From: Okamejei kenojei
Lineage: Eukaryota
Reading direction: 5' to 3'
Length of the DNA: 64,000 bases
Assembly (NCBI GenBank): GCA_035221665.1
Contig: CM069163.1
Coordinates: forward strand, 17,856,001 to 17,920,000
The notes beneath the pieces are model-generated. The model saw nothing but the letters and a program-made list of their open reading frames with translations. It searched no databases and was not told the DNA's origin. Both the position numbers and the translations under genes were made by a program. This document shows, piece by piece, positions 63,865 to 64,000 of the stretch (position 1 is its first letter; every line of letters begins with the position of its first letter).

Positions 63865-64000
63865 AGGAGATTAATGCAATAGCAAGGAGAGACATTAGCT
63901 TGGATGCTGTAGAATCGGTATGGGTAGAACTGCGAAATAGCCACGGGCAGAAAACGCTTGTTGGAGTTGTATACAGACCACCCAGCAGCAGTAGGGAGGT

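Larger units (their letters stand above)
63296..64000 (+). mobile_element. CR1 LINE, ORF1 end and ORF2 APE endonuclease start (runs off window), interrupted at 63727-63864
   Basis: LCLNVRSFRNKVDEL...YDIVGITETWL...GYSIFRKDR...GGG. After the insert it reads ESVWVELRN..GQKTLVGVVYRPPSS. Confidence 0.92.

Overview
Vertebrate genomic DNA, not prokaryotic. The repeat content (CR1 LINEs with (TTTCTATG)n tails, tRNA-derived SINEs, Rex1/Babar, Penelope-like elements) suggests a cartilaginous fish, probably a skate or ray (inference). The main gene is a + strand NCS1 (neuronal calcium sensor 1/frequenin) locus. It has a CpG-island promoter and probable non-coding first exon at about 5.0-5.4 kb, seven coding exons (10831-43325), and a probable non-coding last exon from 46621. 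Coding exons 2-7 are intact and splice in frame. Coding exon 1 has 5 extra nt and an in-frame TAG as assembled, most likely a consensus error. The most interesting signals are: (i) a 138-bp TSD-flanked retroposon at 63726-63864 whose first 54 nt fold by hand into a minimal HDV-like ribozyme; (ii) many Penelope-derived units carrying minimal hammerhead ribozyme cores, including a retrozyme-like partial tandem at 2458-2769; (iii) a chain of phase-compatible exon-like segments on the minus strand (about 54-63 kb) that may be an unannotated or decaying gene converging on NCS1. All family assignments come from motif recognition by eye, with no database search. Repeat boundaries are approximate unless a TSD is given.
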